Part shown: positions 1-10,985 of the stretch, piece after piece
Layout of the letters: the number at the start of each line of letters is the position of its first letter
Numbering within the stretch: position 1 is the first letter of the stretch
NCBI GenBank assembly: GCA_007120745.1
Contig: SKNC01000040.1
Location: 3-64,002, forward strand
Reading direction: 5' to 3'
Source of the DNA: Bacillota bacterium
Lineage (GTDB): Bacteria > Bacillota > Dethiobacteria > SKNC01
Length of the DNA stretch: 64,000 nucleotides
Notes under the pieces: model-generated
Databases searched by the model: none
What the model saw: the letters and a program-made list of their open reading frames with translations, nothing else
What the model was told of the DNA's origin: nothing
Translations under genes and position numbers: made by a program

Positions 1-259
<259 letters not shown>

Positions 260-446
260 TTAAAAAATAATAATTTTTGAATAATACATTTTTAATTAAG
301 TACGTTTAAACTGTACACTAGGTAAATCTGGCCTTTATTCCTTTAGATGGTAGAGAAGCCACCACTCCTTTCAAAATATTCAAAACATATTTCACATGAA
401 TATTTTTGGCTCCTGCCCCGCTTTGCTGCCGGGGTCACAGCACCGG

Positions 447-1154
447 TTAATCCATCCCCATGGTGATGTAGGTCATGGTCAGCATCACGAAGATCAATGT
501 CTGAATCAGGCCCGCAAAAAGGTCAAAATACAGGTGCAGTGGTATAGGTACCAGAATTGGAGCAAAGTGATAAATAAGGCCCATCATGACCAGTCCACCC
601 AGCATGTTACCGAAGAGACGGAACCCCAGCGAAACCGGGTTTGCCAGCTCTCCTACCAGGAATAAAGGAAACAAAAGCGGTACCGGTGAAAAGAATGTTT
701 CCTTAACATACTTCCCGAGACCTTTCTCTTTAAATGCATAAAACTGGGTGCAGATAAAGGTCAAGATTGAAAGAACAAATGTCGTGTTGAGGTCGGCTGT
801 GGGCTGCCTGATACCGATGAGCCCCGTCAGGTTTGCAAAAACAAGGAACAGGGCCAAAGTCGTGATATATGCGGCAAAACCCCTTCGTGCAGGTCCCATG
901 GTGCTGTCTAAAAGGTAATGAATGCCGTCTATAACTACTTCAAAAAAGTGCTGCAGTCCCCTGGGAACCATGGTCAGGTTTCGCGTGGCTAAAATAGATA
1001 ATACAACCAGTATTGCCATGATAACCCATGTGGTGGTGACCGTTTCAACAATCTGAAACCCATTAATTTCAAACATTACTGCGGGTTCAAATGTCAGGCC
1101 GCCGCCGTTATCAGCCGAAGCTGCGAATGTTGCCGCGTTGAAAATATTGATCAT
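447..1154 (-). CDS. atpB: F0F1 ATP synthase subunit a
   Basis: Hydrophobic 235-aa protein with PVSLGFRLFGN (essential Arg) and FAGLIQTLIF; upstream of atpE. Confidence 0.97.
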   Translation of the reverse strand: MINIFNAATFAASADNGGGLTFEPAVMFEINGFQIVETVTTTWVIMAILVVLSILATRNLTMVPRGLQHFFEVVIDGIHYLLDSTMGPARRGFAAYITTLALFLVFANLTGLIGIRQPTADLNTTFVLSILTFICTQFYAFKEKGLGKYVKETFFSPVPLLFPLFLVGELANPVSLGFRLFGNMLGGLVMMGLIYHFAPILVPIPLHLYFDLFAGLIQTLIFVMLTMTYITMGMD

Positions 1155-1349
1155 CTTCTTCCCTCCTTTATAATTAATTTTTTATATTGAAAATTGCTTT
1201 TTAAAGCCGTCTTTTGGCTCCCAAAGAGGGGAAAAGCAAAACACCATTGAGCCTTCTATACAGGGCTCATTGACTGCCTGTACATATGTCTTTATTACGT
1301 TAAAGAGCCTTTTGTCAGGAGCTGCTTTCAGCCCGGCCGAACCGTGCTT

Positions 1350-1760
1350 TTATGTAGGGCCGTTCTCGTTGGTTTTACGGGAAGAACTGAGGCTCTGCTT
1401 AAGAAAATTAAATACATATCCTCCAACAATCACGACCTGGGGAAGTAAAATTCCACCCACAGCCCAAAAAAAATTAATCCCGTCTATTAACAGCGCCCCA
1501 ATCAGGACGCCCGCAGTAAAAAGTTGTCTCATAATATAGCGGGAATAAGTATATGCAGCAGCTTTGCTGGAACTCATATCGATAGATTTAGTCACCGCAC
1601 CGGCCATCAGGTAAAATTTAACAATAGCCGCAACGGTACCTAAAAGAAGGCCTAACACGGCCGGGTAATCCTGTCTGATAAACAAAACGGTCATAACCAC
1701 CAGACTGATTTTTATGCAGTTCATGATGACCTGGACCCAAATGGCATCCGGACTTTTCAT
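1350..1760 (-). CDS. atpI: ATP synthase protein I (AtpI-like membrane protein)
   Basis: Four hydrophobic segments, directly upstream of atpB. Start refined to MKSPD, 2 nt after the upstream gene's stop. Confidence 0.8.
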   Translation of the reverse strand: MKSPDAIWVQVIMNCIKISLVVMTVLFIRQDYPAVLGLLLGTVAAIVKFYLMAGAVTKSIDMSSSKAAAYTYSRYIMRQLFTAGVLIGALLIDGINFFWAVGGILLPQVVIVGGYVFNFLKQSLSSSRKTNENGPT

Positions 1761-1762
1761 AG

Positions 1763-2023
1763 CTAAAACCTCATCTTCGTGATTAAGCGGTATGCATTCC
1801 AGAAACCCACAAAAAGACCTGATAAAATAAGAATAATTAATACCCAAACGCTTTGCAGATAATTATTCATAATCCATTGGGCTAAGAAAACCATAAAAAC
1901 CAGCGGTAATGCAATAGTAATCCCCAGCTGCATTACCAACCCCATATACTTCAGGGGACGCAGATCAATTTTCTTTGTCTCTTCGCTGTTGTCTTTCTTA
2001 GGTTTTTGCGGCAAAAAAACCAC
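1763..2023 (-). CDS. AtpZ/AtpI-family small membrane protein (ATPase gene 1)
   Basis: Two TM helices (MQLGITIALP..., GLFVGFWNAYR); first gene of the atp operon. Confidence 0.8.
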   Translation of the reverse strand: MVFLPQKPKKDNSEETKKIDLRPLKYMGLVMQLGITIALPLVFMVFLAQWIMNNYLQSVWVLIILILSGLFVGFWNAYRLITKMRF

Positions 2024-2133
2024 CTTTTTCTTAAGGCCAGAGGCAATGCCTGTACGGCACTTACCTATAACCCTTTATTCGACGGAATTTTAAAAATCCC
2101 TGCAAAAATTAATTTTTTTTTGCCCTGTGGGCC

Positions 2134-3174
2134 TTACCGGGACAGGCGCCGGGAAGCCAAGAAACCTCCCACCATCAGGTACAGGTAATAAGTGAAAAAG
2201 CGCCAGCTGACCACGAATATACCGATGATGCTGGAGGGCACATACCGGCTGAAAAAGGTGGCCAGGGTCAGCTCCACCACGCCGCTGCCCCCCGGCAGTG
2301 GGGTGTACCCGATAATCAGGACGATGAACACCTGCCACACCAGAATCCGCCAGAAATCAAAGGTCAGGTCCAGTCCCATAAGGAGCACCGGGGCCACCAG
2401 AAAGTAGCTGAACCAGTAGCCGAAGGTCAGCAGCACCGGTATAATCAGCCGGGTCCGGTTAGTCCTTTTCAGCTTGCTCAGGGACTGCTGGAAAAGCTCC
2501 GCCTCCTCCCGCAGTCTCTGTACAAAACCCTGAAGTCTTCTGGAGTTGGCCAACCTATTGAGGAACGGAATTCTTTTTAACGTTCTAAACACCGTCCAGA
2601 TCAGCCGGGGCTTAAAAAGTACGATAAAATAAATGACCGAGGTAAAGGCCAAAATCACCAGGGCGGAACGGAAAAAAGCATTCATGGTATCTCCGCCCCC
2701 CACCCGGCCATCATAAACGATGAGAAGAACCAGGGCCAGTACCAGGAACAGGAACCGGGTCAGGGCCGTCCGGATGACCATTGTGGCCGTGGACTCTCCC
2801 AGGGAAACTCCGCTCTGGTGAAGAAAATAAATCAGGGCGGGCCATTCCCCCAGGGTCATGGGAGTTATCCCCGCAAAAAAGAAAGCGGAAAGAAAGACCC
2901 GGGTTCCGGCGAAAAATCCGATTTTCTTCCCTTCCTCCAGGGAGGCCGCAATATAGCGAATGCGGGCCCCCTCCATAAGCCAGGCCCCCACTACCACCAG
3001 AAGGGCCAGCAGGAGAAATTCCGGGCGGACTCTCTGCAGCCCGACCCAGGTTTCTTCATCTGTGGTAAAAAACAGAATCAAAAGAACGGTAATCAGGCTG
3101 AACCCCAGCGAAAGGTACAGCCCCCTCTTCTGCCGGGAGGGCAGCACGCTTTGGGGCATAATTATCACCGGCAC
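2134..3174 (-). CDS. YbhN/UPF0104 (lysylphosphatidylglycerol synthase TM domain) flippase-like membrane protein
   Basis: Multi-pass membrane protein with FFAGITP, YTPLPGGSGVVE and VSWRFFTYY motifs. Confidence 0.85.
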   Translation of the reverse strand: MPVIIMPQSVLPSRQKRGLYLSLGFSLITVLLILFFTTDEETWVGLQRVRPEFLLLALLVVVGAWLMEGARIRYIAASLEEGKKIGFFAGTRVFLSAFFFAGITPMTLGEWPALIYFLHQSGVSLGESTATMVIRTALTRFLFLVLALVLLIVYDGRVGGGDTMNAFFRSALVILAFTSVIYFIVLFKPRLIWTVFRTLKRIPFLNRLANSRRLQGFVQRLREEAELFQQSLSKLKRTNRTRLIIPVLLTFGYWFSYFLVAPVLLMGLDLTFDFWRILVWQVFIVLIIGYTPLPGGSGVVELTLATFFSRYVPSSIIGIFVVSWRFFTYYLYLMVGGFLASRRLSR

Positions 3175-3222
3175 TTTCCGTGTTCAATAAAACACTTTCC
3201 TCAATTTATACAGCACTTTTGT

Positions 3223-3251
3223 TATTATATGACAGCATGGAGAATTATGTG
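3223..3251 (-). promoter_or_regulatory. Candidate sigmaK-type promoter for the YbhN-like gene
   Basis: Minus strand CACA-N16-CATATAATA fits the mACm-N16-CATAnnnTA consensus. Confidence 0.4.
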
Positions 3252-3391
3252 GCAGGAAGAAATCAACACTCAGATTTATGGCCACACTTTACAAAGGTAC
3301 TTATTAAAACACATCATTTTTACAGGAAGAATATATTAGATAACTCTTCCTTTCCTTATATATGTAATAACATTAGAAGATATTCATTCCT

Positions 3392-3862
3392 TTATGGAGT
3401 AATCCACTCCACCTCACCGTCGGACTTCCAGATTTTTACCGTTACCCCTGCCTCCTTCAGCAGGTCCAGAGACATTTCATCGGGGTAGTTGTCCTTGATT
3501 ATTATACCTCTGATACCGCCATTTATTATCATTTTGGAACAAAGAATACAGGGCTGGTGGGTGGCGTACAGCATGGAATCTTTAATGGAAAAGCCGTACA
3601 GCGCTCCTTGAAGAATGGCGTTCTGCTCCGCGTGCAGGCCCCGGCACAGTTCATGCCGCTCTCCCGAAGGGATGTTCTTCTCCTCCCGCACGCAGCCCAC
3701 CTGGTCACAGTGCCTCATCCCTGAAGGCGGCCCATTATATCCTGTAGCCAGAATTCTCTTGTCCTTTACAATGATGGCCCCTACCTGGCGCCGCAGGCAG
3801 TTAGACCGGGTGGACACCACTCCCGCCACTTCCATAAAATAAGCATCCCAACTGGGTCTCAT
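3392..3862 (-). CDS. dCMP deaminase (ComE operon protein 2 family)
   Basis: Zn motifs HAEQNAI and PCILC; ATGYNG. Confidence 0.93.
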   Translation of the reverse strand: MRPSWDAYFMEVAGVVSTRSNCLRRQVGAIIVKDKRILATGYNGPPSGMRHCDQVGCVREEKNIPSGERHELCRGLHAEQNAILQGALYGFSIKDSMLYATHQPCILCSKMIINGGIRGIIIKDNYPDEMSLDLLKEAGVTVKIWKSDGEVEWITP

Positions 3863-3938
3863 GATTTACTCCCTCCCTTTCCTTCTATATAGGTTTTTAT
3901 CGTTCTTATCCCCTCATAATTCTTTTACCCCTTTAGAC

Positions 3939-3968
3939 AAAAATACCGGCTAGCTGTCGAAGCCGGTA
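3939..3968 (-). terminator. Intrinsic terminator after glyA
   Basis: Stem TACCGGCT/AGCCGGTA followed by a T-run on the minus strand. Confidence 0.7.
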
Positions 3969-4026
3969 ATCGCTTTCCCTTTATTTTCAGCGGAACGGAG
4001 CAAAGAGCCCTGCCCCGCTTCTTATT

Positions 4027-5262
4027 TTACGTATACAGAGAAAATTCTTCACAAAGTTCCGTTACCCGGGACCGGACCTCTTTCAATGTGGTGCTGTCTC
4101 CGCCGCTCTGCAGGGTCTGGTCAATGAGCCGGGCAATTTCCCGCATCTGCTCCTCATTCATTCCCCGGGAGGTTACCGCCGGAGTCCCGATGCGGAGCCC
4201 GCTGGTAATCAGGGGACTTTCGGTATCATAGGGAACGGCATTCTTGTTCACCGTAATACCCACCCGGTCCAGCATCTCCTCGGCATCTTTCCCCGTCAGG
4301 TTCTTGCACCGGAGGTCCACCAGGAGAAGATGGTTGTCGGTACCGCCGGACACCAGGTTGTAGCCCATTTCCAGCAGGCAGTCCCCCAGGGTGGCGGCAT
4401 TTTTAATTACCTGCTGCTGGTATAGGGTAAATTCCGGCTGCATGGCTTCTTTGAAAGAAACGGCTTTAGCAGCGATTACATGCATCAGGGGACCCCCCTG
4501 CAGTCCAGGGAAAATGGCCTTGTCAATGGCCTGGGCATATTTTTGCGTGCACAGAATCAGCCCACCCCGGGGACCCCTGAGGGTCTTATGGGTGGTAGAG
4601 GTGACAAATTCCGCATGGGGAACGGGATTGGGATGCAGTCCGGCAGCAATAATTCCCGCAATGTGGGCGATGTCCGCCATGAGATAGGCCCCTACTTCTT
4701 CGGCGATTTCCCGGAAAAAGTTAAAGTCAATCTTCCGGGGGTACGCGCTGGCTCCGGCAATAATCAACTGCGGCCTGCACTTTAGAGCAATCTCCTTGAC
4801 TTTATGATAATCAATCCTTCCGGTATCCCTCTCCACCCCGTAGCTGCATACTTTAAAATACTTGCCTGAAATATTCACCGGGCTTCCGTGGGTCAAATGG
4901 CCTCCGTGAGCCAGGTCCATACCCATTATGGTATCCCCTGCCTTCAGCACCGCCAAAAAAACCGCGGTGTTGGCAGAGGCGCCGGAGTGCGGCTGGACAT
5001 TGGCATGATCGGCGTCAAAAAGCTTTTTGGCCCTTTCTATGGCAATTTCTTCCACATCATCAACGTGCTGACAGCCCCCATAATACCTGTGTCCGGGATA
5101 CCCCTCGGCATATTTGTTGGTCAGCACCGAACCCTGGGCCTCCAGGACCGCTTTGCTGACAAAATTTTCCGATGCTATGAGTTCCAGGCTGGTTTTTTGC
5201 CTGTTGTACTCCCTCTCTATGGCTTTAAAAATATCTACATCCACCAACCGAAGAGTCGACAT
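4027..5262 (-). CDS. glyA: Serine hydroxymethyltransferase
   Basis: [27 protein letters not shown] (PLP lysine). Confidence 0.99.
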   Translation of the reverse strand: MSTLRLVDVDIFKAIEREYNRQKTSLELIASENFVSKAVLEAQGSVLTNKYAEGYPGHRYYGGCQHVDDVEEIAIERAKKLFDADHANVQPHSGASANTAVFLAVLKAGDTIMGMDLAHGGHLTHGSPVNISGKYFKVCSYGVERDTGRIDYHKVKEIALKCRPQLIIAGASAYPRKIDFNFFREIAEEVGAYLMADIAHIAGIIAAGLHPNPVPHAEFVTSTTHKTLRGPRGGLILCTQKYAQAIDKAIFPGLQGGPLMHVIAAKAVSFKEAMQPEFTLYQQQVIKNAATLGDCLLEMGYNLVSGGTDNHLLLVDLRCKNLTGKDAEEMLDRVGITVNKNAVPYDTESPLITSGLRIGTPAVTSRGMNEEQMREIARLIDQTLQSGGDSTTLKEVRSRVTELCEEFSLYT

Positions 5263-5292
5263 CTTTTCACGCCCCTTATCTCCACTAAAAAA

Positions 5293-5763
5293 TTAACGGC
5301 TAAAAATTTCTATTCCATTACCATACTTTTTCTCTATGGCTCCAATCTTATCCAGCCGCCTCTGGTGGCGCCCCCCTTGAAACGGGGTGTGTAAAAAAAC
5401 TTCCACAATAGAAAGCGCCAGACCGGTGCCCACCACCCTCTCCCCCAGAGCCAGTATGTTGGCATCATTATGCTCCCGGGCATACCGGGCGGAGAAACAG
5501 TCGGCACAAAGAGCTGCCCTGATCCCGGGCACTTTGTTGCATACCATGGAAACTCCCAAACCGGTGGAACAGATTACAATTCCCTTTTCATACTCACCTG
5601 CGGCTACCCCTTCAGCCACCTTCAGGGTAAAGTCGGGATAATCCACCTTTTCCCGGTCATAGCTTCCCAAATCCTCATACAGCAGGCTTTCATGCTCCAG
5701 GTAGTCTAAAATCATTCCCTTAAGATTAAACCCTCCGTGGTCGCTGGCTAACGCAATCTTCAA
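5293..5763 (-). CDS. rpiB: Ribose-5-phosphate isomerase B
   Basis: ASDHGG, VDYPD, CSTGLG, FQGGRHQRR. Confidence 0.96.
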   Translation of the reverse strand: MKIALASDHGGFNLKGMILDYLEHESLLYEDLGSYDREKVDYPDFTLKVAEGVAAGEYEKGIVICSTGLGVSMVCNKVPGIRAALCADCFSARYAREHNDANILALGERVVGTGLALSIVEVFLHTPFQGGRHQRRLDKIGAIEKKYGNGIEIFSR

Positions 5764-5897
5764 TTTTGGAACCCCTCTTTCTTTATGAAAAATATGTTGG
5801 CCGGGTGTTTCAAAAATTAACTAAAGCGGTAAAAAGTATCCTTCTACCTATTCTTTTTTTCTGCCGCTTATTCCTGCCGCCATATGGCAAAAATCGA

Positions 5898-6392
5898 CTA
5901 AACATTCCCCTTTATTTTTTGCCGCAGCAGGGGCATCAATTCCGTCAGCTCTTCCCGCACTTTCCGGTAGGCTTCCAGCGACAGCCCGAAGGGGTCGTCA
6001 ATATCCGGGGAACCCATTTCTTCCCAGGGCAGGCAGTATTCTTTCAGAGTAAATACCCTGCCCTCCGCCTCAGGCATCAGGGCCAGGATGGTCTCCTTAT
6101 GCCGCAGAGTCATGGTCAGCACCAGGTCAGCCTCCTCCACCATCTGTGGAGAAAGCAGCCGGGCTTCATGGCTCTCCAAATCCAGCCCCTCTTCCTTCAC
6201 AGCCTGCCTGGCATGGGCGGAGGCACCTTCTCCGGGAAACGCTGCCAGCCCCGCTGAAATAATTTCCACAGCTTCTGCTTCCTCCGGTTCCCCGTGGATG
6301 CTCACCTGGTGAGCAAAAAGGGCTTCTGCCATAATGCTGCGGCAGGTATTCCCGGTACAGACAAACAATATTTTCTTCATCACGGCAAACAC
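5898..6392 (-). CDS. ywlE: Low-molecular-weight protein arginine phosphatase (YwlE-like)
   Basis: P-loop CTGNTCRS with the Thr typical of YwlE; DIDDPFG; position between tsaC and rpiB. Confidence 0.88.
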   Translation of the reverse strand: MFAVMKKILFVCTGNTCRSIMAEALFAHQVSIHGEPEEAEAVEIISAGLAAFPGEGASAHARQAVKEEGLDLESHEARLLSPQMVEEADLVLTMTLRHKETILALMPEAEGRVFTLKEYCLPWEEMGSPDIDDPFGLSLEAYRKVREELTELMPLLRQKIKGNV

Positions 6393-6679
6393 CCCTTCCT
6401 CCCTATTTTAAGGAAATCCCCGCAGATTATCCGCTGTTTTAGCCGGTTTTGCAATATATTTCGTCCGTGCAATAACAGGATAATTATGATATTTCCCTTC
6501 GACATTTCCCGGGAAATAATTTTCTTTTCCCCCGGTTATTTCCCTTATTCTTCGACGTATTTCCCTGGTTTTATCCAGGTTCTAACGGCTGAATCACCGC
6601 TGCGGAATGCAGCAGGACTTATCCAAAAGCCCCCATTACCCGCCATCCTTCAACCCAGTATTTCTTTTGCTTTTCAGGT

Positions 6680-7744
6680 TCAGCGGGCTTTAATGGTTCG
6701 GCCGGAGGCCGCTTTGCGCAGGCGGTTCATCAGGGCCAGCCCTATGCCCGTTTCTTCCACGGTTTCCGCCAGAATCAGGTCCACTCCTGAAGCATCCAGG
6801 CGCCTCAAGGAATCAAACAGCCGGGCGGCCATTTCCTCGGGGGAACGGCGAAGGCCCAGGACCTCTACGGCGTCCGCCCGAAACTGGCTTCGGTTTTCCT
6901 CCGTAACCAAAAGCCCTACCCTCCTGCCCTTCAAGTGGTTTTCCCGACAGATTTTCTTTATTTCTTTAACCACCCGCGAGGGTTCCCCTTCCACCATGTA
7001 CATGGGGGCCCGGGGAGCATAATGACGATATTTCAGTCCCGGGGAAGGGGGAGCTTCCCCCTTTTTATAGCTGTGGGGGTCCAGCAGGTGAACTTCTCCC
7101 AGGGTCTCCTGCAGCTGTTCCAGGGTTACCCCCCCGGGACGAAGCAGCAGCGGCACCTCATGGGTCAGGTCCAGCACCGTAGACTCCAGCCCCACCGGAC
7201 AGGGGCCTCCATCCAGCAGCATCTGAATACGGCCGGCCAGGTCCTCCAGCACATGTTCCGCAGTGGTGGGGCTGGGCCTTCCGGACCGGTTTGCGCTGGG
7301 AGCGGCGATGGGCAGGCCGGCTGCCCGAATCAGGGCCAGGGCCACCGGATGCCGGGGCATCCGTACCGCCACCGTGTCCAGGCCGGCGGTCACCTCCGGG
7401 GGCACCCGGGGTCCCCGGGGAAGCACCAGGGTCAGGGGGCCCGGCCAAAACTTCTCCACCAGCAGGCTCACCAGGGGAGGCCGTTGGGCAGCCAGTTCCT
7501 TCAGGTCCTTTTCTTCGGCGATATGCACAATTAAGGGATTATCTCCAGGCCTTCCCTTTGCCCGGAAAATCCGCTCTACCGCAGAACCGGAAAACGCGCT
7601 GGCCCCCAGCCCGTAGACAGTCTCCGTGGGAAACGCCACCAGGCCTCCCCGGCGGATTATTTGTGCTGCCTCCTGGATTCCCCGCTCTGCTTTTTTAAGG
7701 TCTTTCGCCTCCACTACCAGTGTTCCCTTTACTTTACGCCACAT
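6680..7744 (-). CDS. tsaC: L-threonylcarbamoyladenylate synthase (Sua5/YwlC type)
   Basis: FPTETVYGLGA, KGRPGDNPLIVH, SANRSGRPSPT, and a Sua5 C-terminal domain (PGLKYRHYAP). Confidence 0.97.
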   Translation of the reverse strand: MWRKVKGTLVVEAKDLKKAERGIQEAAQIIRRGGLVAFPTETVYGLGASAFSGSAVERIFRAKGRPGDNPLIVHIAEEKDLKELAAQRPPLVSLLVEKFWPGPLTLVLPRGPRVPPEVTAGLDTVAVRMPRHPVALALIRAAGLPIAAPSANRSGRPSPTTAEHVLEDLAGRIQMLLDGGPCPVGLESTVLDLTHEVPLLLRPGGVTLEQLQETLGEVHLLDPHSYKKGEAPPSPGLKYRHYAPRAPMYMVEGEPSRVVKEIKKICRENHLKGRRVGLLVTEENRSQFRADAVEVLGLRRSPEEMAARLFDSLRRLDASGVDLILAETVEETGIGLALMNRLRKAASGRTIKAR

Positions 7745-7942
7745 GTCTCTGGCACCCTTCCCGGTTTTTTTGTATAATGAAGAGTAGCATCCATTAGTAT
7801 TGCCTTTATTTCATGAAATAACTTCACTATCTCAATTTTTAGAAAAAGCCTATGCCCGAACAATTTTATATGGGGGTGAGCTCACGCCTTTCCCCTGGAA
7901 AAGAATCAAGCCTGTCTAATACGACGTTGGGAGAAATCACAC

Positions 7943-8707
7943 ATGGATGAAAAAATGCTGAAAAAACTGTTACATGAAATACAAGAGGAAAAAGTCAGTG
8001 TAGAAGAAGGGGTTCGGCTGATCCGCTCCTCCGGATACGAAGACCTGGGTTTCGCCCGGGTTGATCATCTACGCCCCCTCCGCCAGGGCTTTCCCGAGGT
8101 GATATACTGTCCCGGTAAAACCATACCACAAATTGTGAATATTGCCAAGAGCCTGCTGGCCCGAGGAGACACCCTGCTGGCCACCCGGGCGGAGGAGGAG
8201 GTTTACCGGGCGGTGCAAAGGGAAATCCCTCAGGCCCAATACAACTCCCAGGCCCGCCTTGTATACGTCCAAAAAAAACTGCCGGAACCCTTTGGCGGCA
8301 CCGTCCTGGTGGTAACCGCCGGGACCTCGGACCTGCCCCCTGCGGAGGAGGCTGCGGTTACCGCAGAGGTCATGGGCTGCCGGGTGGACCGCCTCTATGA
8401 TGTGGGAGTGGCAGGCATACACCGCCTGCTGGACAGCCAGGACAAACTGTATGAAGCTTCGGTGTTGATTGTGGTGGCAGGGATGGAGGGAGCCCTGGCC
8501 AGCGTGGTTGGGGGACTGGTCAACCGGCCGGTCATCGCTGTTCCCACCAGCGTGGGATACGGTGCCAGCTTTGATGGCCTGGCGGCCCTTCTGGCCATGC
8601 TGAACAGCTGCGCCTCCGGTGTTACCGTTGTCAACATCGATAACGGATTCGGGGCAGGATACGCAGCGGCACTGATGGTCCGGCTGGCCTGTGAGGAATC
8701 CCGGTAA
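7943..8707 (+). CDS. larB: Nickel-pincer cofactor biosynthesis carboxylase/hydrolase LarB
   Basis: [48 protein letters not shown] (PurE-like fold). Confidence 0.95.
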   Translation: MDEKMLKKLLHEIQEEKVSVEEGVRLIRSSGYEDLGFARVDHLRPLRQGFPEVIYCPGKTIPQIVNIAKSLLARGDTLLATRAEEEVYRAVQREIPQAQYNSQARLVYVQKKLPEPFGGTVLVVTAGTSDLPPAEEAAVTAEVMGCRVDRLYDVGVAGIHRLLDSQDKLYEASVLIVVAGMEGALASVVGGLVNRPVIAVPTSVGYGASFDGLAALLAMLNSCASGVTVVNIDNGFGAGYAAALMVRLACEESR

Positions 8708-8807
8708 TACGGAAAATAATAAGTGCTTATACACAAGGCTGGTAACTGCATACTCTGCAGCCGGGAAAGTTTTGCTGCAGTTAAAGGAGTTAAAGGAGGG
8801 GAATCGG

Positions 8808-10094
8808 TTGTCAAATAACCAAAAAGCCAAAACAACCCTGTACTTTCATTGTTTTTCCGGAGTCAGCGGAGACATGGTTTTGGGAGCCCTGCTGGACACA
8901 GGAATGGCAGATATTTCCTTTTTAGAGGAAGGGCTGCAAAAAATTAACCTGCAGGGATATCTTTTACAGAAGGAAAAAGTACAGCGGGGAGGCCTCTCCG
9001 GCACCCGGATGATTGTACGGGAACTGGAACCGCACCGTCAGCCCCTGAGAACCCTACCGGACCTGGTAAAACTGGTAGAGGAAAGCCCCTTCAGCGGCCA
9101 TATAAAAGAAAAGGCCTGCGGGGTATTTCACCGGCTGGCCCAGGCTGAGGCAGCGGTGCATGGCACCACCCCGGAGAAAGTGCATTTTCACGAAATTGGA
9201 GCGGTGGATACCGTGGTGGACGTGCTGGGCACCTTGATCCTGCTGGAATCCATGGGAGTGGACCGGATCATATCCTCTCCCCTGCACCTGGGCAGCGGTT
9301 TTGTTCGCTGTCAGCATGGGCTTCTTCCGGTCCCTGCACCGGCCACGGTGGAGCTTCTGAAGGGGGTTCCTGTATACTCCCGGGGAGTGGAGGGGGAGCT
9401 GGTTACTCCCACGGGTGCTGCCCTGCTGACTGTCCTGGCTTCCTCCTTCGGCCCCCTTCCCCCGGGGAAAATTCGGGCCGTGGGGTACGGTGCCGGGTAC
9501 CGGGAAATAGAACACCCCAACCTGCTTCGGGTCCTGCTCCTGGAGGAAAAAGAGAAATTTTCCGGGGATAAATTTCAGCCCTTTTGGCCGGATAAAGAAA
9601 TGGAATTCCTTCAGCGGCAGGAGATTCTGACCGTGGAAACCAACATCGATGATATGAATCCCGAGGGCTTCTCTTACCTGATGGAAAATCTGCTGGAGGC
9701 AGGGGCCTGGGATGTCACCCTGACGCCCCTTTACATGAAGAAAAATCGCCCTGCCACCCGGTTGAGCGTCCTCTGCAGCCCGGACCTCTTTCCAAAATTG
9801 GCTCCTCTGATTTTCAAGGAAACCACCAGCCTGGGCCTGCGGGTCTATCCGGGAGAAAAGTACTCCCTTCCCCGGGAAACCCGAGAGGTAATAACTCCCT
9901 ACGGCCCTATTCGGGTGAAGCTGGGGTTCCTGGGGGAAGAACCCGTCACCATATCTCCGGAATATGAGGACTGCAGAGAGGCTGCCCGGAGCAGTGGAAT
10001 TCCCCTGAAAGAGATTTACCGGGCTGTTTCCCGGGCTGTTGAAGAAAACAACGGGAAAGAAAAACACATGAATGAAAAGAACAACGGTGAGTAA
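8808..10094 (+). CDS. larC: Nickel insertase LarC (fused C1+C2)
   Basis: CFSGVSGDM, VHFHEIGAVD, PVPAPAT, ETNIDD, PEYED. Start refined to TTG after the AAAGGAGG SD. Confidence 0.94.
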   Translation: MSNNQKAKTTLYFHCFSGVSGDMVLGALLDTGMADISFLEEGLQKINLQGYLLQKEKVQRGGLSGTRMIVRELEPHRQPLRTLPDLVKLVEESPFSGHIKEKACGVFHRLAQAEAAVHGTTPEKVHFHEIGAVDTVVDVLGTLILLESMGVDRIISSPLHLGSGFVRCQHGLLPVPAPATVELLKGVPVYSRGVEGELVTPTGAALLTVLASSFGPLPPGKIRAVGYGAGYREIEHPNLLRVLLLEEKEKFSGDKFQPFWPDKEMEFLQRQEILTVETNIDDMNPEGFSYLMENLLEAGAWDVTLTPLYMKKNRPATRLSVLCSPDLFPKLAPLIFKETTSLGLRVYPGEKYSLPRETREVITPYGPIRVKLGFLGEEPVTISPEYEDCREAARSSGIPLKEIYRAVSRAVEENNGKEKHMNEKNNGE

Positions 10095-10118
10095 ATGTAA
10101 AGCCGATATCTACTGCTT

Positions 10119-10985
10119 GTGGAAAGGAACATCACCATGATGGAAAATGAACTGAAAGAAAAATACCGATACTTGAAGAGCTTGATTTCGCCGCTTCCGG
10201 GGGCTGCGGTGGCTTTTTCCGGGGGAGTGGACAGCACTCTCCTGCTGCATACCTGCCTGGAACTCCTGGGCCCCCAAAAGGTGACGGCCCTGACCGCCTG
10301 CTCTCCCTTGATGCCCCGGCAGGAACTGAAGAACGCCATGAAACTGGCCCGTTCCCTGGGAGCTATGCGGTACCTGCAGGTGGATACCCCCTTTTTGGAG
10401 GCAGAGCCTTTTCTAAGCAACCCCAGGGACCGCTGTTACCACTGTAAAAAAATCATCCTGTCTTCTTTTCTGGAGGTTCTGGGAAACGGAGAAAAAAAGA
10501 GGGGAAACGATGAAGCCGCCTGCGGTATGGTCTCCGGAATCCCGCTGCTGGAGGGAACCAACCGGGATGACCTGGAGGTGTACCGTCCCGGCAGGCAGGC
10601 GGTGCTGGAACTGGGGGTAGGATCTCCCCTGCTGGAAGCGGCCTTCCGTAAGGAGGAAATTCGGACCCTGTCAAAAGAACTTGAGCTTCCCACCTGGGAC
10701 ATGCCCTCCCAGGCATGCCTTGCCTCCCGCATCCCCTACGGGCAGTCCGTGGACCGGGAAAAGCTTCTCCAGGTAGAAAGGGGGGAAGCCTGTTTAAAAG
10801 GGTTGGGTTTTGAGGAATGCCGCCTGAGACACCACGGCCCCCTGGCCCGGCTGGAGGTTCCCCTGAGGGACCTGGAGCGGCTGCTGGCCCTTGCTCCGGA
10901 GATATCGGAAAAAATAAAGGCCCTGGGCTTTATTCATGTAACCCTGGACCTTAATGGACTGCAAAGCGGCAGTTTTGATTTCTAA
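10119..10985 (+). CDS. larE: ATP-dependent sulfur insertase LarE
   Basis: PP-loop SGGVDS, RCYHCK, ACLASRIPYG, RLRHHG. Confidence 0.94.
   Translation: MERNITMMENELKEKYRYLKSLISPLPGAAVAFSGGVDSTLLLHTCLELLGPQKVTALTACSPLMPRQELKNAMKLARSLGAMRYLQVDTPFLEAEPFLSNPRDRCYHCKKIILSSFLEVLGNGEKKRGNDEAACGMVSGIPLLEGTNRDDLEVYRPGRQAVLELGVGSPLLEAAFRKEEIRTLSKELELPTWDMPSQACLASRIPYGQSVDREKLLQVERGEACLKGLGFEECRLRHHGPLARLEVPLRDLERLLALAPEISEKIKALGFIHVTLDLNGLQSGSFDF

Noticed and set aside
6498-6504. Spo0A boxes (TGTCGAA), also at 3956-3962 and 30902-30908
   Set aside because: A 7-mer is expected several times by chance in 64 kb, and these copies are isolated; not distinguishable from background.
6393-6679. yybP-ykoY riboswitch or lost mntP; + strand 242-aa ORF at 6294-7022
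   Set aside because: No riboswitch consensus seen. The ORF overlaps tsaC and ywlE antisense and has no protein-like motif.
7745-7942. NikR operator upstream of larB
   Set aside because: No GTATGA-N16-TCATAC-like dyad found by eye, so NikR control of lar remains unsupported.
9054-10067. Long antisense ORFs (also 8069-8830, 20677-21639, 33093-33923, 56142-56813, 57054-57797 and many shorter)
   Set aside because: They shadow well-supported genes on the opposite strand, lack SDs and motifs, and are expected from codon bias.
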